From the NCBI GenBank assembly GCA_040385945.1, contig JAZKGN010000106.1:1-46874 (forward strand): a stretch of DNA of 46,874 nucleotides, in the 5' to 3' direction. The notes under the pieces were generated by a model. It was not told the DNA's origin. It was given only the letters and a program-made list of their open reading frames with translations, and made no database searches. This document shows positions 7,282 to 16,708 of this stretch, in pieces. Positions within the stretch are counted from its first letter, which is position 1; each line of letters begins with the position of its first letter. A program made the translations under genes and the position numbers. The DNA comes from Bacteroidota bacterium. Its GTDB lineage: Bacteria; Bacteroidota; Bacteroidia; Flavobacteriales; Flavobacteriaceae.

Positions 7282-9773
7282 TAAAAATAAAACCCAAACG
7301 AACCTTTTATTGTGAAATTATTTGTTTCGGGAACGTCACGGTAATTGCCTCTCCAACTACAATCGAGACGGAATACTTTGAAAATATTTCCGATTCCGGC
7401 GCTGTATTCCCAATAGCCATTAGTTGGCGAATTGTATTGCAATCCAGAAGCATTTAAAAATTTATTTTCGTCAGACGCGGAAGCAAAAACAGTTCTAACA
7501 CCAATAATTTCTCTCCAATTGAGTTTACGCATCATCGGAATTCTAGAAAACAATCGGCCTTGGAAATTGTGTTCCCAATTAAAAGTCGTGTATTGATCGG
7601 AAACAAATTCGTAGTAATTTAAATTGCTAAAGGTATTTTCGATATTAAAATACGATTGATTTCCGGGAATGATACTCATTAATCCAAGCGGAATTTTGCC
7701 AAAGGTTTTTCCGACTTCCATGGTAATGTTGGTTCTTCCTAACGGACCAATAGTAATGGGTTGCTTGTAATACAATTGTACTTTTTGATAATCGAAATCG
7801 CTGTCGAGCATGCCTTTAATTCCAGAGCTGTAATTCACAAAAAAGCGACTGTGAGGATTGTCAACAAACAACCTCTCGACTCCATAACCTACATATTTTT
7901 TTTGAGGTGAATACTCAATTTGAAGGTTGATTTCCGATTGTTTTACGTTACTTTTTGTTGTCGTTTGTGTGTCGTCTGTATAGTAATCGAGTTTAAATGT
8001 AGGCGATGCTGAAACCAAGGTACGATACGAAAATCCGGTGCCAATCACGAAGTTTTTAAACGGTTCAAATTCGACCGCAACATTGGTCAGATTGATGTTG
8101 GTTAGTTTTCCGTTATTTCCAGAAGACAATAAACTGGATGAAGCAAAACTTCTTCCAAGAACGTCATTAGTGGTAGTAAGACTCACACCAATTTGCTCCA
8201 CATCACGACGGTTTCCAGCTGAAATAATCAGACGATTTTTCTTGTCAATCATCCATTTTCCAGAAAGACCGTATTTGAATTTGTGGTCATCAAAACCATA
8301 CGCTGTATAGCCTTGTACTCGCCACAAATCGTTGGAAGTGAAATAGGTTCTTCCTCCAACTCTTAATCGAATTCCTTCTACTTCATTGTAACCAAAAGTG
8401 GAGAAAATCGGACCGTAATCGAGTTTTAGTGATGGAATTTCAACATAGCCACTTCCTAAAATTTCAACCGCATTGTAAATCTGTTTGAATTTTTTTACGG
8501 TTTTTAAAGTGTCTATGAGTTTGTAGATTCCGAGTTCGTCTTTGTTGAGTTTTTCAAATCGGTTTTCACTCCAATAATCATCGTCTTTGTTGTATGCCGA
8601 CATATCGACAAAATTGACTTCTTGTTTGTAGAATTTTTCAGGTTTTTCAATATTGAATTTATGATTTCGATACAAAGATGTTCGTTTTCCATAAACTCCT
8701 TTGGATGTTTCTTTTTTGTTCAACGCAAAATCAGACATTAAATAATCACGGGTTAATAGAAAAACAGAATCATTTACCACTTCAAATTCTTGTTCCAAAT
8801 AAATGTCTTTTACCCAGTTGATGTTGGCACTTTTTGTCACCGCCATATTGATGCTTTTAATGGCAAAAGTGGTGTCGTTCACCCAAAAATCGCCTTTGAA
8901 AGTCAGTTCATTTTTACGTCGTGGATAAAAAACAATATTGTAACACCATTTGTTATCGATAAAAGCGGTATCGGTCAAGACATAATTATAGACATCAATT
9001 CCGGTTCGGGAAAGTGGACTCGTAAAGCTTTTATCGAAAAAATTTAGGTAATTGTTATAAATGTCGTAATCGTTGTACAGATCTTTAATAAAGGTGTTTA
9101 CACCATCGCCACTTCCTAAACCTGAGTTTTTATTTGCCTTTAAGATTTCTTTTGTTTTACTCGTTTTATTGTCGCCGTACACGTCTGAAATCGCTTCGTT
9201 GATAAAAATCGGCAAATAGGTTTTTCCTGTTATTTTTGAAGTATCGATTTTTTCGAAGACAAATTCCATCCCTTTAAAAATCTTTCTTTTCATGAAAGCA
9301 CTGTCGATGGTATTCAAATCGAATTCTACTTTTTCGTACTTTTCGTATTGGTATTGATTGAACATTTTTAGTCCGTTCTTACGTTTTCTCTCCCATATTT
9401 TTCTGAGAATGTCTAAGGCTGGATTGTTCTTTTTGGATGTTTTTCCGGCGAATACTTTCACCTCATCCAACACTTCTTCTGAGTTCAACACAATCTTCAT
9501 TTCGTAATTTACCTGCTTGGTCAATTCGATTTCTTTGGTTGTATACCCTGCAAATGCAATTATAACCGTTGTGTAATTGTTGGGTGATTCCATGTAAAAA
9601 CGACCGTCTTCATTACAAACAGTTGCTTCATTAGTTCCTTTAAAAAGAACATTCGCAAACGATATGGGTTGGCTTTTTTTATCCGTTACGATACCGCTGA
9701 TTTTAGTCTGTGCTACTACAGCAGCTGCAAAACTCAAGGTCAAAAGGAAATAAAAAAATAGAATTTTTCTCAT
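7281..9773 (-). CDS. Outer-membrane protein, CarboxypepD_reg-like N-terminal domain plus DUF5686-like barrel
   Basis: Signal peptide ending VA|Q; ISGIVTD...PISFANV...NEDGRF N-terminal domain; C-terminal aromatic strand GSFGFYF. Start taken at MRKILFF. Confidence 0.85.
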   Translation of the reverse strand: MRKILFFYFLLTLSFAAAVVAQTKISGIVTDKKSQPISFANVLFKGTNEATVCNEDGRFYMESPNNYTTVIIAFAGYTTKEIELTKQVNYEMKIVLNSEEVLDEVKVFAGKTSKKNNPALDILRKIWERKRKNGLKMFNQYQYEKYEKVEFDLNTIDSAFMKRKIFKGMEFVFEKIDTSKITGKTYLPIFINEAISDVYGDNKTSKTKEILKANKNSGLGSGDGVNTFIKDLYNDYDIYNNYLNFFDKSFTSPLSRTGIDVYNYVLTDTAFIDNKWCYNIVFYPRRKNELTFKGDFWVNDTTFAIKSINMAVTKSANINWVKDIYLEQEFEVVNDSVFLLTRDYLMSDFALNKKETSKGVYGKRTSLYRNHKFNIEKPEKFYKQEVNFVDMSAYNKDDDYWSENRFEKLNKDELGIYKLIDTLKTVKKFKQIYNAVEILGSGYVEIPSLKLDYGPIFSTFGYNEVEGIRLRVGGRTYFTSNDLWRVQGYTAYGFDDHKFKYGLSGKWMIDKKNRLIISAGNRRDVEQIGVSLTTTNDVLGRSFASSSLLSSGNNGKLTNINLTNVAVEFEPFKNFVIGTGFSYRTLVSASPTFKLDYYTDDTQTTTKSNVKQSEINLQIEYSPQKKYVGYGVERLFVDNPHSRFFVNYSSGIKGMLDSDFDYQKVQLYYKQPITIGPLGRTNITMEVGKTFGKIPLGLMSIIPGNQSYFNIENTFSNLNYYEFVSDQYTTFNWEHNFQGRLFSRIPMMRKLNWREIIGVRTVFASASDENKFLNASGLQYNSPTNGYWEYSAGIGNIFKVFRLDCSWRGNYRDVPETNNFTIKGSFGFYF

Positions 9774-9784
9774 ATATGTTTTAT

Positions 9785-9819
9785 AAAAAAACTTCATCAA
9801 AGGGGATTTTGATGAAGTT
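9785..9819 (-). terminator. Intrinsic terminator after pdhB
   Basis: Minus strand AACTTCATCAAA-atccc-cTTTGATGAAGTT followed by a T run. Confidence 0.7.
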
Positions 9820-9832
9820 CCAAATATAGGTA

Positions 9833-9894
9833 TTTAGATGTTTAGATTTTTAGACTACTTAGATTTTAAGATTTTTCTAACTTTCTAAAATCTA
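9833..9894. repeat. TTAGA/TCTAA short tandem-inverted repeat
   Basis: TTAGA units with ~8-nt period (9834, 9842, 9850, 9859) followed by complementary TCTAA units (9876, 9884). Confidence 0.65.
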
Positions 9895-10869
9895 TTTGTA
9901 TAGTACTTTTTTAACGGCTTTTACCACATCAGCTGCGTTGGGCAACCATTCTTTTAATAAGGTTGGTGAATACGGCGCTGGTGTGTCGGCAGTTGTAATT
10001 CGTTGCACAGGAGCATCTAAATAATCGAACGCTTTGTCTTGTACCATATAAGTAATTTCAGAAGCGACACTTGCAAAAGGCCAAGCTTCTTCAAGTACTA
10101 CCAAACGGTTGGTTTTTTTAACTGATGCAATAATGGTATCGTAATCCATTGGACGCACTGTTCGCAAGTCGATAATTTCACATGAAATATTTTCTTTTGC
10201 TAATTCATCTGCAGCGATAAATGCTTCTTTGATGATTTTTCCGAAAGACACAATGGTTACATCTTTACCTTCTCTTTTAATATCGGCAACACCTAACGGA
10301 ATAATGTATTCTCCATCTGGCACTTCACCTTTGTCACCATACATTTGCTCTGATTCCATGAAAATAACAGGATCGTTGTCACGGATAGCGGCTTTTAATA
10401 ATCCTTTTGCATCATAAACAGTAGAAGGAACAACCACTTTTAAACCTGGAGTATTAGCAAACCAGTTTTCAAAAGCTTGTGAATGTGTAGCTCCTAATTG
10501 TCCAGCAGAAGCTGTTGGTCCACGAAAAACCATCGGCATAGGAAATTGTCCTGCCGACATTTGACGCATTTTTGCTGCGTTATTGATAATTTGATCAATT
10601 CCAACCAATGAGAAGTTGAAGGTCATGTATTCTACAATCGGACGACAACCGTTCATGGCAGAACCTACTGCGATTCCTGCGAAACCCAATTCGGCAATCG
10701 GTGTATCGATAACTCGTTTTGGTCCGAATTCATCCAACATTCCTTTTGACGCTTTGTAAGCTCCGTTGTATTCAGCTACTTCTTCACCCATTAAATATAC
10801 GGCTTCATCGCGACGCATTTCTTCACTCATTGCTTCACAAATAGCTTCTCTAAATTGTATCGTTCTCAT
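9892..10869 (-). CDS. pdhB: Pyruvate dehydrogenase E1 beta subunit
   Basis: MGEEVAEYNGAYK, RVIDTPIAELGFAG, VFRGP, ATHSQ, IDLRT. Confidence 0.96.
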   Translation of the reverse strand: MRTIQFREAICEAMSEEMRRDEAVYLMGEEVAEYNGAYKASKGMLDEFGPKRVIDTPIAELGFAGIAVGSAMNGCRPIVEYMTFNFSLVGIDQIINNAAKMRQMSAGQFPMPMVFRGPTASAGQLGATHSQAFENWFANTPGLKVVVPSTVYDAKGLLKAAIRDNDPVIFMESEQMYGDKGEVPDGEYIIPLGVADIKREGKDVTIVSFGKIIKEAFIAADELAKENISCEIIDLRTVRPMDYDTIIASVKKTNRLVVLEEAWPFASVASEITYMVQDKAFDYLDAPVQRITTADTPAPYSPTLLKEWLPNAADVVKAVKKVLYK

Positions 10870-10900
10870 ATATAAATTACTTTATGTCAATTTTGGATAG

Positions 10901-10908
10901 CAAAAGTA
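10901..10908 (-). promoter_or_regulatory. -7 box for pdhB
   Basis: CAAAAGTA is TACTTTTG on the minus strand, 31 bp upstream of the ATG. Confidence 0.6.
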
Positions 10909-11130
10909 AAAATTTAAAATGATAAAAAAACATAATAACTCTAAATAATGACTTGGGTTTTCTTACTTTTAGAATGAAACAAAAGTTAAATCTTTTTGAC
11001 ATTGATTTGAATTCTCCTACGAAATCGATTGAATGCTCATTTTTTTTAAAAAATACTATGCGCGCATATAATTATTAGAAATATATTTTATACTTTTACA
11101 CACGGAAAAAATCATTTAAAAAAATATATA

Positions 11131-11877
11131 ATGAAAATATTAGTTTGCATCAGCCACGTGCCTGATACTACTTCAAAAATTAACTTTATCAATGGCGATG
11201 CCGAATTTGATACCAACGGTGTTCAGTATGTCATTAATCCGAATGACGAGTTTGGTTTAACGAGAGCGATTTGGTTTCAAGAGCAACAAAATGCCAACGT
11301 TACGGTGGTAAATGTAGGTGGTCCTGACACAGAACCAACCTTAAGAAAAGCATTAGCAATTGGTGCCAACGAAGCTATTCGTGTCAATGCTGCCGCTACT
11401 GACGGATTTTTTGTGGCGAAACAATTAGCAGAAGTAGTAAAAAATGGTGGTTATGATTTGGTTATCTGCGGAAGAGAATCGTTAGATTATAACGGCGGAA
11501 TGGTTCCTGGTATGTTAGCTGGTTTACTAGACTACAACTTTGTAAACTCGTGTACCGAATTGACTGTAGACGGAACGTCTGCAAAAGCAGCTCGCGAAAT
11601 CGACGGTGGAAAAGAAATTATTTCTGCTTCCCTTCCATTAGTAATTGGTGGACAAAAAGGTTTGGTTGAAGAAAAAGATTTACGCATTCCAAATATGAGA
11701 GGCATCATGACAGCACGAACAAAAGTGCTGACAGTTTTAGAACCTGTTGCAGCTTCTGTTGAAACTAAAGCAGTGAAATTTGAAAAACCAGCTCCGAAAT
11801 CGGCAGTAAAATTAGTGTCTGCAGACAACTTGGATGAGTTAATTAATTTATTACACAACGAAGCAAAAGTTATTTAA
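11131..11877 (+). CDS. etfB: Electron transfer flavoprotein beta subunit
   Basis: MKILVCISHVPDT, INPNDEF, LRKALAIGA, REIDGG, LRIPNMRGIM. Confidence 0.95.
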   Translation: MKILVCISHVPDTTSKINFINGDAEFDTNGVQYVINPNDEFGLTRAIWFQEQQNANVTVVNVGGPDTEPTLRKALAIGANEAIRVNAAATDGFFVAKQLAEVVKNGGYDLVICGRESLDYNGGMVPGMLAGLLDYNFVNSCTELTVDGTSAKAAREIDGGKEIISASLPLVIGGQKGLVEEKDLRIPNMRGIMTARTKVLTVLEPVAASVETKAVKFEKPAPKSAVKLVSADNLDELINLLHNEAKVI

Positions 11878-11962
11878 GAATTGGGATTTAGGAATTAGGA
11901 TTTGAAAAGTCCTAAATGAAAAAATCCTTAATCCTAAATTAAAAAATCCTTAATCCTAAATT
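11874..11962. repeat. TTAGGAA/TCCTAA heptamer tandem-inverted repeat with 22-bp direct repeat
   Basis: ttaagaa ttgggat ttaggaa ttaggat, then CCTAAAT at 11911, 11933 and 11955 (22-bp period). Confidence 0.75.
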
Positions 11963-11969
11963 TACAATC

Positions 11970-12938
11970 ATGTCATTATTAATATACGCAGAATACGCAG
12001 ACGGAAAATTCAAGAAAGTAGCTTTCGAATTGGCTTCCTATGCAAAAAAAGTTGCCGATTCACTTGGCACAACAGTAACAGCTGTAACCGTTAACGCAGG
12101 AAATGTTTCCGAATTAGCAAACTATGGTGTAACCAAAGTGTTGAAAGTGTCTAACGATAAATTAGCCAACTTCAACGCAAAAGCCTACGCTGATGTTATC
12201 AAACAAGCGGCTAAAAAAGAAGCGAGCAAAGTACTTGTTCTTTCTTCCACAACCGACAGTTTATATCTTGCGCCACTAGTTGCTGTGGGATTAGAAGCTG
12301 GATTCGCTTCTAACGTAGTTGGATTGCCTCTTTCGACAGCTCCTTTTCAAGTAAAAAGAACAGCCTTCTCAAACAAAGCTTTTAATATTACCGAAATTTC
12401 AACAGATGTAAAGGTGATTGCGATTGGTAAAAATTCATTTGGTTTGGTAGAAAGTGCTGCTTCTATATCAGAAGAAGATTTTACTCCAACATTAAACGAA
12501 GCTGATTTCTCAGTAAAAGTAGATTCAGTAGAAAAAGCGTCAGGTAAAGTAACTATCGCCGATGCTGATATTGTAGTTTCGGGCGGACGTGGATTAAAAG
12601 GTCCAGAAAACTGGGGAATGTTAGAAGATTTAGCTGCTGTTCTTGGAGCAGCAACTGCTTGTTCTAAACCAGTTTCCGATTTGGGATGGCGTCCTCACAG
12701 TGAACACGTTGGTCAAACTGGAAAACCTGTTGCGACTAATTTGTATATCGCTGTAGGAATTTCAGGCGCTATTCAACACATTGCCGGAATCAATTCCTCT
12801 AAAGTAAAGGTAGTTATCAATAGCGATGCAGAAGCACCGTTTTTTAAAGTAGCCGATTACGGAATTGTAGGTGATGCCTTTGACATCTTACCTCGATTGA
12901 CTCAAAAACTAAAAGAATTCAAAGCTCAGAATTCGTAA
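11970..12938 (+). CDS. etfA: Electron transfer flavoprotein alpha subunit
   Basis: ADIVVSGGRG, VGQTGK, LYIAVGISGAIQH, INSDAEAPFF (FAD-binding domain). Confidence 0.96.
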   Translation: MSLLIYAEYADGKFKKVAFELASYAKKVADSLGTTVTAVTVNAGNVSELANYGVTKVLKVSNDKLANFNAKAYADVIKQAAKKEASKVLVLSSTTDSLYLAPLVAVGLEAGFASNVVGLPLSTAPFQVKRTAFSNKAFNITEISTDVKVIAIGKNSFGLVESAASISEEDFTPTLNEADFSVKVDSVEKASGKVTIADADIVVSGGRGLKGPENWGMLEDLAAVLGAATACSKPVSDLGWRPHSEHVGQTGKPVATNLYIAVGISGAIQHIAGINSSKVKVVINSDAEAPFFKVADYGIVGDAFDILPRLTQKLKEFKAQNS

Positions 12939-12959
12939 CAATAAAACTAACTCAAGCTG

Positions 12960-12997
12960 ATAAGCTATCTGAAATTTTTTAGGTAGCTTATTTTTTT
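12960..12997 (+). terminator. Intrinsic terminator after etfA
   Basis: ATAAGCTATCT-loop-AGGTAGCTTAT followed by TTTTTT. Confidence 0.75.
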
Positions 12998-13050
12998 ATG
13001 CCTTTGAATTTTTTGAAGCGAAAGTTTTTTGTTACTTTGCAGTCCCTATT

Positions 13051-13106
13051 CCTGCTGTTCGCAGTAGTCCCGAAAAATCGGGAGCTACTTGCTGCCATCA
13101 GGGCTA
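13051..13106 (-). repeat. TAGCCC...GCWGG element, copy B
   Basis: Minus strand TAGCCCTGATGGCAGCAAGTAGC-TCCCGAttttTCGGGA-CTACTGCGAACAGCAGG. Confidence 0.75.
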
Positions 13107-13180
13107 ATTAGCCAACTGTATTGAGTAAAGTTCAGTTTTTTATAGGAAATTTTCATGTAAATTGACAACAAATAAACATC

Positions 13181-13231
13181 TTAGATTTAGTGTAACACTC
13201 TAAAATCTAAAATTCACAATCTAAAATCTAA
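13181..13231. repeat. TCTAAAA heptamer repeat directly before start codon
   Basis: ttagatttag...tctaaaa tctaaaa ttcacaa tctaaaa tctaa ATG. Confidence 0.65.
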
Positions 13232-13858
13232 ATGAGTTTAGTAAAACTAACAATAAAAGGAATATCCTACAGCCAAACCCAAAATGGTGCGTATGCACTC
13301 ATATTAAATGAAGTTGATGGCGAGCGAAAACTACCTATTGTAATTGGTGCCTTCGAAGCACAATCGATTGCTATTGCTTTAGAAAAAGAAATAAAACCAC
13401 CGCGTCCGTTAACACATGATTTGTTTAAAAGTTTTGCTGACCGATTTGAAATTGTAGTAAAGCAAGTCATCATTCACAAATTGGTTGATGGCGTTTTTTA
13501 TTCGAGTATCATCTGCGAAAGAGACAAAATTGAAGAAATAATTGATGCGCGTACGTCTGATGCTATTGCGTTGGCACTTCGTTTTCAAGCTCCTATTTTT
13601 ACGTATAAAAACATATTGGACAAAGCAGGTATTTATCTCAATCCGAATGCTCCCGAAATCGAAGGGCAATCGCCAAGCGACGATGACATTCTTTCGACAC
13701 CAGAAACGTTTGGTTTGGATGAAGAAGGAAATGAAGGCGATGGCTATGCTAAATTAAGCTTGATAGAATTACACGAACTCTTAGAAGGTGCGGTTCAAGA
13801 TGAAGATTACGAAAAAGCAGCGCGAATAAGAGACGAAATTTCGAAGAGAGAATCATAA
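13232..13858 (+). CDS. Bifunctional nuclease (DUF151) family protein with C-terminal UvrB/UvrC motif
   Basis: LPIVIGAFEAQSIA, RPLTHDL, IDARTSDAIALA; C-terminal AVQDEDYEKAARIRDEI. Confidence 0.92.
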   Translation: MSLVKLTIKGISYSQTQNGAYALILNEVDGERKLPIVIGAFEAQSIAIALEKEIKPPRPLTHDLFKSFADRFEIVVKQVIIHKLVDGVFYSSIICERDKIEEIIDARTSDAIALALRFQAPIFTYKNILDKAGIYLNPNAPEIEGQSPSDDDILSTPETFGLDEEGNEGDGYAKLSLIELHELLEGAVQDEDYEKAARIRDEISKRES

Positions 13859-13900
13859 ATTTTTTAGCTTTTTAGAATCGTAACCCTTGAAAAAACAACA

Positions 13901-15187
13901 ATGAAAAACAAACACTCTTTATCGCTTTTACTTGCTTTGTTTTCTGTATTTGGATTTTCTCAAGACTACTATTTGCATTGTGGGCAATTACTCGACGTAG
14001 CTTCTGGAAAAATAGTAACCAATAAAACAATTGTAGTTTCTAAAACAAAAATTACAAAAATCGAAGACGGTTTTGTTGCTAAGGCAAAGCCGAGTGATAT
14101 CGAAATTGATCTCAAAAACAAGTACGTTTTACCCGGACTTATTGATCTTCACGTGCATGTTGAAACTGTCGAAGCAAGCAGAGCCTATACTTCAGAATAC
14201 ATAGATAACGAAGCCGATGTGGCACTCGAATCGGTGCAATATCTTAAACTTACTTTGTTGGCTGGTTTTACAACAGTTCGTGATTTGGGTGGAAGTGGCA
14301 TAAACATTTCATTACGAAAAGCTGTAAACAAAGGATATATCGATGGCCCAAGAATATTTACTGCTGGAAAAGCTATTGCTTCAACTGGTGGTCATGCCGA
14401 TCCAACCAACGGCAGCAACCGAAAATATGTTGGTGATCCTGGTCCAAAAGAAGGTGTCATTAATTCACCCGAAGAAGGAGTAAAAGCCGTTCGAGACCGT
14501 TACAAAGAAGGAGCTGATGTGATTAAAATTACTTCAACTGGTGGCGTTTTAAGTGTAGCGAAAAGCGGTAAAAATCCGCAAATGACTATCGAAGAAATCA
14601 AAGCCATCACGACTACCGCTAAAGATTACAACATGTTAACTGCAGCTCACGCTCATGGCGATGAAGGCATGCAAAGAGCCATTCTCGGCGGAATAAAAAC
14701 CATAGAACACGGCACATTCATGAGTGATGAAACGATGGAGTTGATGAAAAAATATGACTGCTATTTGGTTCCAACGATTACAGCTGGAAAAGAAGTCGCA
14801 AAAAATGCCGAAATAGAAGGGTTTTATCCCGAAATCGTAGTGCCAAAAGCTCGCGAGGTGGGTCCGAAAATACAATCTACTTTTGCAAAAGCTTATAAAA
14901 AAGGCGTTAAAATTGCATTCGGAACCGATGCTGGAGTTTATCCACACGGATTGAATGCGAAGGAATTTGGCTATATGGTCGAAGCCGGAATGCCTGCTAT
15001 TGAAGCCATCCAAGCAGCTACAATAACCAATGCGATGTTGTTGGGAATTGATGCTGAAATTGGGCAAATCAAACCTAATTTTATAGCGGATATTATAGCC
15101 GTAAACGAAAATCCGTTGACCAAAATCCAAACACTAGAAACGACCGTTTTTGTGATGAAAAACGGAAAAATTTATAAAAACGAATAG
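13901..15187 (+). CDS. Secreted metal-dependent amidohydrolase (Xaa-Pro dipeptidase-like)
   Basis: Signal peptide FS|Q; [39 protein letters not shown]. Confidence 0.9.
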   Translation: MKNKHSLSLLLALFSVFGFSQDYYLHCGQLLDVASGKIVTNKTIVVSKTKITKIEDGFVAKAKPSDIEIDLKNKYVLPGLIDLHVHVETVEASRAYTSEYIDNEADVALESVQYLKLTLLAGFTTVRDLGGSGINISLRKAVNKGYIDGPRIFTAGKAIASTGGHADPTNGSNRKYVGDPGPKEGVINSPEEGVKAVRDRYKEGADVIKITSTGGVLSVAKSGKNPQMTIEEIKAITTTAKDYNMLTAAHAHGDEGMQRAILGGIKTIEHGTFMSDETMELMKKYDCYLVPTITAGKEVAKNAEIEGFYPEIVVPKAREVGPKIQSTFAKAYKKGVKIAFGTDAGVYPHGLNAKEFGYMVEAGMPAIEAIQAATITNAMLLGIDAEIGQIKPNFIADIIAVNENPLTKIQTLETTVFVMKNGKIYKNE

Positions 15188-15198
15188 CTTACATTACC

Positions 15199-16023
15199 AT
15201 GAAACAATACCACGATTTAGTTAAACACGTTTTAGAAAACGGAACTCAAAAAGGCGATCGAACTGGAACCGGAACCAAAAGTGTTTTCGGCTACCAAATG
15301 CGTTTCGATTTAAGCGAAGGGTTTCCGATGGTAACCACTAAAAAGTTGCACTTAAAATCGATTGTGTATGAATTGTTATGGTTTTTGAAAGGCGAAACCA
15401 ACATTGCCTATTTAAAAGAAAATGGCGTTAAAATTTGGGATGAATGGGCCGATGAAAACGGCGATTTAGGTCCGGTTTACGGTCACCAATGGCGCAATTG
15501 GAACAGCGAAGAAATAGATCAAATTAAAGAATTAATTGATACCTTAAAGAAAAATCCAAACAGCCGACGTATGCTGGTTTCGGCTTGGAATCCTTCTGTT
15601 TTACCCGATACATCCAAATCATTTTCAGAGAATGTTGCCAACGGAAAAGCAGCTTTGCCTCCGTGTCATGCGTTTTTTCAATTTTATGTTGCTGACGGAA
15701 AATTATCATGTCAACTCTACCAACGAAGCGCCGATATATTTTTAGGTGTTCCTTTTAATATTGCTTCGTATGCCTTATTTACGATGATGATTGCTCAGGT
15801 TTGCGATTTGCAAGTGGGCGAATTCATTCACACTTTTGGCGACGCACATATTTACAATAATCATTTTGAACAAGTGGAATTGCAACTTTCTCGCGAGCCT
15901 AAACCGCTTCCAAAAATGGTTTTAAATCCGAATATCAAAAACATCTTTGATTTCACTTTTGAAGACTTCACTTTAGAAGACTATGATCCGCATCCACATA
16001 TTAAAGGAATTGTAGCGGTTTAA
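15199..16023 (+). CDS. thyA: Thymidylate synthase
   Basis: [46 protein letters not shown]. Confidence 0.98.
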   Translation: MKQYHDLVKHVLENGTQKGDRTGTGTKSVFGYQMRFDLSEGFPMVTTKKLHLKSIVYELLWFLKGETNIAYLKENGVKIWDEWADENGDLGPVYGHQWRNWNSEEIDQIKELIDTLKKNPNSRRMLVSAWNPSVLPDTSKSFSENVANGKAALPPCHAFFQFYVADGKLSCQLYQRSADIFLGVPFNIASYALFTMMIAQVCDLQVGEFIHTFGDAHIYNNHFEQVELQLSREPKPLPKMVLNPNIKNIFDFTFEDFTLEDYDPHPHIKGIVAV

Positions 16024-16226
16024 TTTTTATCCAACTTATTTCAAAAACACACATCTCAATCATTTGATTTTGAGATAATTCCTTTTGTCTATAAAATTGA
16101 CACTTCGTCGATAATTTACTGTTTCACAAAATATTAGCATTAAATTGTGTAAAACAAACAAAGACCAAAATAAAATCGACTTTTTACTTGAGTTGATTTT
16201 AAGGAAATCTTATCAAAATCAAAACA

Positions 16227-16703
16227 ATGAGAAAAAAAATCCTAACAGCAATTGCATTCTTTGCTGTGTTCACTATTCATGCTCAAGAAACCATTGTGGC
16301 TTCTGGCGGAGATGCAACTGGCATCAATGGTTCGTCGAGTTATTCTATTGGTCAGTCCGTTTATTCTACGATTTCATCCGAGAACATTTCTGTTTCACAA
16401 GGAGTGCAAAACGCCTATGAAATTTTGGAAATTGTAAACGAAAAAGACGCGATTGCTTCCCAATTACAGTTTACAGCTTATCCAAATCCGACAACGGATA
16501 TGGTCTACTTAAAAACAGAAAATATTGGCACAAGTATTTTATTGTATCAATTGTATAGTCTTTCCGGACAATTACTATCCAACGATATGTTTACAGAAAA
16601 TACCGCTTCCATTACTATGAAGAATTTTCCACATGGTACCTATTTTCTAAAAGTAATTTCGAATGAAAAAACAATCAAAACCTTTAAAATAATTAAAAAT
16701 TAA
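16227..16703 (+). CDS. Small T9SS type A cargo protein (signal peptide + ~55-60 aa + CTD)
   Basis: MRKKILTAIAFFAVFTIHA|QETIVASGGDATG..SSSYSIGQ..VSQGVQ; CTD YPNPTTD...GTYFLKV...KTFKIIKN. Confidence 0.88.
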   Translation: MRKKILTAIAFFAVFTIHAQETIVASGGDATGINGSSSYSIGQSVYSTISSENISVSQGVQNAYEILEIVNEKDAIASQLQFTAYPNPTTDMVYLKTENIGTSILLYQLYSLSGQLLSNDMFTENTASITMKNFPHGTYFLKVISNEKTIKTFKIIKN

Positions 16704-16708
16704 AAGAC

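Noticed and set aside
13901-13970. Many secreted proteins begin with Gln after the signal peptide
   Set aside because: Established Bacteroidota pyroglutamate Q-rule; used only as taxonomic and start-site support.
14636-15130. 164-aa antisense ORF inside the amidohydrolase
   Set aside because: No motifs; long antisense frames are expected from codon bias.
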